NCBI GenBank assembly: GCA_051251915.1
Contig: JBPOGF010000011.1
Location: 64,001-128,000 of the forward strand
From: Akkermansiaceae bacterium
GTDB lineage: Bacteria > Verrucomicrobiota > Verrucomicrobiia > Verrucomicrobiales > Akkermansiaceae
Direction of reading: 5' to 3'
Length of the DNA stretch: 64,000 bases
In this document: one piece after another, positions 59,080-64,000 of the stretch
Numbering within the stretch: position 1 is the stretch's first letter
How the letters are laid out: each line of letters starts with the position of its first letter
Notes under the pieces: generated by a model
Seen by the model: the letters and a program-made list of their open reading frames with translations, nothing else
What the model was told of the DNA's origin: nothing
Databases searched by the model: none
Position numbers and translations under genes: made by a program

Positions 59080-59806
59080 ACATAAAGTCCAACAAACTAT
59101 TCACCGCCGCCGACTGCACCGCCACTCGATGCCTCATCTCTAGAGCACTAGGTGACTCAAAAGTAAACGAAAGCACACACCCCCGCTTCGCCATATAGAT
59201 CGCCTCAGGCCAGTGCCCCATCAGATCAGCCTCCGCCTCGTGATAAATCCACCCCCTACACCTCACCGCATGCTCATCGATCAGCTCTTCAGCTTCCAAC
59301 GGCATAACCTCAGAGATCCGCTCCGCCATGTATTCATAACGCTCAGGCACATCCCCACACGTATTAATCTCGTAATAATAAAACCCCTTACTCTCCCAGT
59401 CCTCATGCAACGAAATAAAGAGCTCAGGCTTCCGAGCTTCTAACCATTTCACATGTCCCTTCACCTCTGCATTTCTCAGATGGTGATAATCTCGGTTCAT
59501 ATCCTTACCCCTAGCATTCTCCCGCGTCCCCAGCGCAAACCCAGTCGGATTCAACATCGGACAAACGTGAAACGACAACGGCCTATCTAACAACCCACTC
59601 TCTAACATAGACAACAACGCCTCCGGCCCCCCTGGCTCATCACCATGCATCCCCGTAGAAATGTAAACTACAGGTAAGTTTTCCCGCAGCAAGTCATACC
59701 CCCTAAGCTCATGCCCATCCACTTCAGCATACACCTCACACACCGCCCCCGCATTCCGCAAGATCATGTCCACTTTCTGTGTATAGTCTGTAAGATCAAA
59801 TTTCAT
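59066..59806 (-). CDS. M14 family zinc carboxypeptidase (MpaA / succinylglutamate desuccinylase-like)
   Basis: GMHGDEP, LNPTG, RENARGKDMNRDY, SLHED and FTFESPS. Confidence 0.85.
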   Translation of the reverse strand: MKFDLTDYTQKVDMILRNAGAVCEVYAEVDGHELRGYDLLRENLPVVYISTGMHGDEPGGPEALLSMLESGLLDRPLSFHVCPMLNPTGFALGTRENARGKDMNRDYHHLRNAEVKGHVKWLEARKPELFISLHEDWESKGFYYYEINTCGDVPERYEYMAERISEVMPLEAEELIDEHAVRCRGWIYHEAEADLMGHWPEAIYMAKRGCVLSFTFESPSALEMRHRVAVQSAAVNSLLDFMYVQK

Positions 59807-59925
59807 CAATAGTGAAAGTTCTTTATCAATCTCAGCCAACTTTCCCAGCATAAACTTTGAAACAACCATCCCTTCATGCTAACGCTCGACGGAATGAAAT
59901 GTTTCCTTTAAAACACCCAGTCATC

Positions 59926-60990
59926 ATGGCGTCACCAGACTCACCCCATAACCAACTCCAAGAACTCATCCGTTCCAAGCAATGGAACAGCGCCCTTGTT
60001 ATCGCCTATGAAATGCTTGAGACCCAGCCAGAGTCATCATGGCTACACACCACACTTGGAAAAATCTACTACCACCTACAAGAATACAAACACGCAGAAA
60101 CCTCCCTCAAAACCGCCATCTACCACCACCAACACTACGCAGATGCCCACACCCTCCTAGGTCAAGTCTACCTGAAAATGAACCGCATAGGCTCCGCAGA
60201 CGACCACTGCAAGCAAGCCCTCGCCCTAGACTCCTCAGACATCCAAGCCTTAAGCCTACATTTCCAGATCAAATTAGCCTACTCAGACCTCCCCGCCGCC
60301 AAAGAATGCTACGCCACCATACAGCGACTCAGCTCAGACCAAGAATTACTCCATAAACTCCAGTTTGACCTCATCCGCCACCACGCCAATAAAGAACCCG
60401 TCGACCACAAATCAGAAATTTCCTCCCGCCAAGAACTACTGATAACCCACCCCCACAACTCCGCCACCCACGCACAACTAGCCTACCTCTACAACCACTT
60501 CACTCAAGAATCCGACCTAGCACAAACCCACATCCAAACCGCACTCCAGCACAACCCCACCGACCCACAAATCCAAGAAACCTCCACCCTCATCCACCGC
60601 AAGAAAAACCTCTGGCTCCGTATTCTAACAGCCCCAACACTATCCCTCACCCGCCCCCACCAAATCAGTAAAAATGAAGTCGCCACCGTTGGCTTAGTAG
60701 TATTAGCACTCATCACCATCGCTATCATCGGAAACCACACCCCATGGATCATCCGCACAGCAGTCTTCACCATCATCACCATCTTCTTCTGCTCCTACAC
60801 AGCTAATCTCGCCTACCAATACCTCCACCGCACAGAAATCATCCACCGCCACGGCAAAACCTCCCACTTCAAAGCCCCCTACCTCAACATCCACCTCCTA
60901 CCATTCCCTAAGCGCAGACTCATCATCGTCACACTCACCATCCTCTCATGGGCAGCACTTGCACTCAGCCTATTTCTCATCACAAGATGA
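59926..60990 (+). CDS. Tetratricopeptide repeat membrane protein
   Basis: TPR motifs (LHTTLGKIYY, AHTLLGQVYL, THAQLAYLY) plus C-terminal TM helices. Confidence 0.78.
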   Translation: MASPDSPHNQLQELIRSKQWNSALVIAYEMLETQPESSWLHTTLGKIYYHLQEYKHAETSLKTAIYHHQHYADAHTLLGQVYLKMNRIGSADDHCKQALALDSSDIQALSLHFQIKLAYSDLPAAKECYATIQRLSSDQELLHKLQFDLIRHHANKEPVDHKSEISSRQELLITHPHNSATHAQLAYLYNHFTQESDLAQTHIQTALQHNPTDPQIQETSTLIHRKKNLWLRILTAPTLSLTRPHQISKNEVATVGLVVLALITIAIIGNHTPWIIRTAVFTIITIFFCSYTANLAYQYLHRTEIIHRHGKTSHFKAPYLNIHLLPFPKRRLIIVTLTILSWAALALSLFLITR

Positions 60991-61051
60991 AATAGAAAAT
61001 TTCCCCTTCTTTATACTACCCTCAATACAGATCAGGTGCTAGTAGTCTAAC

Positions 61052-62710
61052 ATGAATCTTTTACCGACCTGGGCCGCTGAAGTCATTGCCTCATACGAAA
61101 GCAAATCCGCAGGATGTTTCCTCCTCCACGGAAATGTCAACGACAGACTCCTAGTCTCACCACCACTAGAATCACCAGCCCTCGGTAACCTAACAGATTT
61201 CATCCAGCAGATCCTCGTCCCAAGATTCGACGTAGTCATAACATTCGACATGGGCTTCGGCCTCCGCGTAGACCGTGGTAGCGACGTCTTCTCAAAATGG
61301 AAAACCTACGCAGACGCCCCACAGCTCCCCCACAAGCCACTCGATGCCTGCCGCTTCGTCTCCAAGTACCTCCTCTACTGTAGAAACCTACAAGCCATTG
61401 GCCAAAAAGCCCCAAAAGTAGCATTCATCATGAAGCAAGCCCACCTAGCCTGCCCATCCATGCCGAACCTACACAACTACGAGCTAAACTCCCTCGCCGC
61501 ACTCATCCGCGGCTGGGCAGACGATGACCGCCTCCAAGAGTTTAACCAAGCCGCCTTCCTCATCTCAGAAAACCTCAACGGCATCCACCCACTCGTCTCA
61601 GACTCCCCACGCGTCAGCAACATCGAGATCACACTCCCAGACGAACACGCCATCACCCACTCACTCATCGAACTCGCCAAATCCTGCCCTAACGCCATGC
61701 AGAACTACAAAGATGACCCCAGCGTCATCTCCACCAGACTCACCGGCGCCACCCTAAGCTCACTAGAGTCACTACTAAAAAGACTAGAACACGACGGCAA
61801 AGTCCTCGACGATAACAGACTAGCCGGCCTCAAAAAACAACTCGTCGAACGAGACTGCGACGGCCTCATCGACTTCGTAGAACCAGACAGAAACCTAGAC
61901 GACTGCATCGGACTCGAAGGCGTCAAGAAATGGCTCCGCGAAGACATCATCCTCTGGCAGAAAAATGAACTCCAAGCCCTCCCCATGGGCTACCTCTTCT
62001 GTGGCCCAGTAGGAACTGGCAAAACCTTCCTCGCAGAATGCCTCGCCGGTGAAGCCGGTGTCCCAGTCGTCACCATGCGTAACTTCCGTGACAAATGGGT
62101 AGGCTCCACAGAAGCAAACCTAGAGAAAATTTTCTCCCTCCTCCATGCCCTCGGCAGATGCATCGTCTTCGTAGACGAGGCAGACCAAGCCCTCGGAAAA
62201 CGCCAAGGCGGCTCAGGTGACTCCGGAGTCTCCAGTAGAGTCTACTCCATGATGGCTAAAGAAATGTCGAACACCCGCAACCGTGGCAAAATCCTCTGGG
62301 TCCTCGCCTCCAGCCGTCCAGACCTCATCGAAGTCGACCTCAAACGCCCCGGCCGTGTCGACGTCAAAATCCCACTCTTCCCATCACTCAACCCACAGGA
62401 AGGCTTCAGCCTCATCCGCGCACTCTGCAAACGCAGAAAACTAACCATACCTAAAGAAGCACTCACAGATCTAACAGATCTCATCCCCACCCTCCTCACC
62501 CCCGGCGCAGCAGAAGCCATCTCAGTCCAGACCTTCCGCATCCACAAGACCACAGACCTAGATGCCCTAGGCTCACTCAAAGCATGTCTTAGCGATTACC
62601 GCCCACCTGTTCCAATGGAAACATTGAAATTCCAAATGCGTATCGCAGCCCAAGAGGCTACCGACGCAAGCCTTATACCAGAAGAGCTAGAAGATCTGTT
62701 AGAGATCTAA
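61052..62710 (+). CDS. AAA ATPase with degenerate N-terminal AAA-like module and an intact C-terminal AAA domain
   Basis: GPVGTGKT, KWVG pore loop, VFVDEAD and SSRPDLIEVDLKRPGRVD; N-terminal FLLHGNVND. Confidence 0.85.
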   Translation: MNLLPTWAAEVIASYESKSAGCFLLHGNVNDRLLVSPPLESPALGNLTDFIQQILVPRFDVVITFDMGFGLRVDRGSDVFSKWKTYADAPQLPHKPLDACRFVSKYLLYCRNLQAIGQKAPKVAFIMKQAHLACPSMPNLHNYELNSLAALIRGWADDDRLQEFNQAAFLISENLNGIHPLVSDSPRVSNIEITLPDEHAITHSLIELAKSCPNAMQNYKDDPSVISTRLTGATLSSLESLLKRLEHDGKVLDDNRLAGLKKQLVERDCDGLIDFVEPDRNLDDCIGLEGVKKWLREDIILWQKNELQALPMGYLFCGPVGTGKTFLAECLAGEAGVPVVTMRNFRDKWVGSTEANLEKIFSLLHALGRCIVFVDEADQALGKRQGGSGDSGVSSRVYSMMAKEMSNTRNRGKILWVLASSRPDLIEVDLKRPGRVDVKIPLFPSLNPQEGFSLIRALCKRRKLTIPKEALTDLTDLIPTLLTPGAAEAISVQTFRIHKTTDLDALGSLKACLSDYRPPVPMETLKFQMRIAAQEATDASLIPEELEDLLEI

Positions 62711-63049
62711 AAACTCTAACAGACATCGATCTATCAAACTAGCTCAAACAGAGCGATGAATCACCACTATAACCCTAAATTCAGCGTAAACTTAGCGTAA
62801 ATTTCACGGCTTTACGTAATTCTATCAAAAAACTTTCATTTTATTTTACTTTAAATGAAATAAATTAACCGACTCAACATAAGAGAGTTATGAAAAATAA
62901 AAAGCATTGACATTTTATATATCCTAATCAACAGCGCCATAAAAGAGTTGCGCTTTCGTGATCGCCAACTTAGAAGGTGTCGGGCGAAACTCAAAACCTA
63001 TTCCGTAACAAACTAACCTTAAGTTACATATAAAAAATAACCACCAATC

Positions 63050-63658
63050 ATGAAACACTATTTCACAAAAACTGGATTAATTCTCATCGGATTCATGGCT
63101 ATGACAAGTTGTGCATCATCTGGCTCATCCACTGCAGAAGCGACTAAGAAAACCACTAACAAAGAAGCAGTAGTAGCCACACAATCTAAAGCGATCGGCA
63201 AAGACAAACACGGAATGCCTACCTACACAGACGCATCTAGAACCCGTCACGTAAGAGCCACAGCTTACTCACACATGGAAGGAGAAGTTGGAGCACCTGG
63301 CCGTAAGAACGCAGCAGGAACCATCCTCAAATACGGCAGTACACGCAGCGCAGCTGCTGACTGGTCACGCCTTCCTCTTGGAACTAAATTCAAAATCCCT
63401 AGCCACCCTGGAATCACCTACGTTGTAGATGACTACGGTTCAGCACTCGCTGGCACAAACACCGTCGACATGTTCTACCCTACTCTCCGAGCTATGAACA
63501 ACTGGGGAACACGCAACGTTACTATCCAAATCATCCAAATGGGATCATTTGAGCGCAGCGCTAAGCTCCTCAAAGGCCGCCTCCACGCAGCACATTGCCG
63601 TAAAATGTATTACGCAATCACCAAGAAGCTCAGCTCATCATCAGTTGCAGCCAACTAA
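63050..63658 (+). CDS. 3D (Asp-Asp-Asp) domain lipoprotein, putative cell-wall lytic enzyme
   Basis: Lipobox MTSC; RATAYS, SAAADWSRLPLGT, YVVDDYGSAL, TVDMF and WGTRNV. Confidence 0.88.
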   Translation: MKHYFTKTGLILIGFMAMTSCASSGSSTAEATKKTTNKEAVVATQSKAIGKDKHGMPTYTDASRTRHVRATAYSHMEGEVGAPGRKNAAGTILKYGSTRSAAADWSRLPLGTKFKIPSHPGITYVVDDYGSALAGTNTVDMFYPTLRAMNNWGTRNVTIQIIQMGSFERSAKLLKGRLHAAHCRKMYYAITKKLSSSSVAAN

Positions 63659-63688
63659 AATTTCCTAGTAAACAATCTTCTATCAAAG

Positions 63689-63720
63689 AAAGCCATGTTG
63701 TTCTGCAACATGGCTTTTTT
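63689..63720 (+). terminator. Rho-independent terminator
   Basis: AAAGCCATGTTG-TTCTG-CAACATGGCTTT followed by T run. Confidence 0.88.
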
Positions 63721-63785
63721 GTCTTTACCTTCCTACATTTCAACACTACAAACAACCCACCAACCAACTACCTTTTTATACTATC

Positions 63786-63899
63786 ATGATGGCACGCAAA
63801 ACAATCGAACTCGTAATCAAACTCTTCATCGTCGCACTCGTCGCTACAGCAGGACTTTACGTCTATAATGTGCTAGAACTCATGGGCGCAGTCTCATAA
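63786..63899 (+). CDS. Putative small single-pass membrane protein (37 aa)
   Basis: MMARKTIELVIKLFIVALVATAGLYVYNVLELMGAVS, with C/A-ending codons like other plus-strand genes. Confidence 0.5.
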   Translation: MMARKTIELVIKLFIVALVATAGLYVYNVLELMGAVS

Positions 63900-63907
63900 A
63901 CCTGAAG

Positions 63908-64000
63908 CTATGAGCCACTCTGATTCTCCAGAGCCCCCCAAGAAATCCCCCTTCCCCTTCATCTTTTCCAGGATAGTCCCAGCTATCGCAGTCGCCCTGT
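63908..64000 (-). CDS. Possible 3' end of a gene running off the window
   Basis: Open frame ...RATAIAGTILEKMKGKGDFLGALENQSGS*. Confidence 0.3.

Noticed and set aside
1..64000. Many short antisense and alternate-frame ORFs in the track (for example 16462-16908, 46658-47086, 55708-56130, 56830-57303)
   Set aside because: They overlap well-supported genes and are low-complexity His/Pro/Thr/Ser-rich shadows caused by strand skew.
1..64000. CRISPR arrays, tRNA/rRNA genes, IS elements, prophage or integrase genes
   Set aside because: No regularly spaced repeats, T-loop/cloverleaf signatures, or transposase or recombinase motifs were seen by eye.

Overview
A 64 kb bacterial chromosome segment, most consistent with a Verrucomicrobiota (PVC superphylum) genome: it has a PEP-CTERM protein, PVC-type heme-binding CxxCH proteins, a PVC-type ECF sigma factor and a long-insert SecA. 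It is mostly housekeeping genes (ydeP-like, ispD, trpEG, secA, ilvBH, acpH, carA, purA, hisD, acs, mqo, trkA, two FKBPs, truC, recR, clpX-like, ppnP), mixed with lipoproteins, peptidases, cell-wall enzymes and a co-oriented run of small accessory genes at 49-55 kb. I saw no rRNA, tRNA, CRISPR array, transposase or integrase. No single compact novel system is proven. The best leads are: a ~4.5 kb tandem duplication of a 1371-aa ThuA/SGNH/propeller/HEAT/cytochrome c gene that includes its promoter, leader hairpin and terminator; an uncharacterised ATP-grasp-type ligase behind trpEG, with a possible M14 peptidase partner; a ~135-nt long hairpin between the FKBP paralogs; a ClpX variant with a duplicated lid domain; a TPR plus two-ring AAA ATPase pair; a possibly switchable leader before a 3D-domain gene; a recurrent near-leaderless promoter with a CCCGCC element; a vestigial SEC-C motif in SecA; and extreme strand skew. 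All calls come from reading the sequence and recalling motifs; no searches were run.
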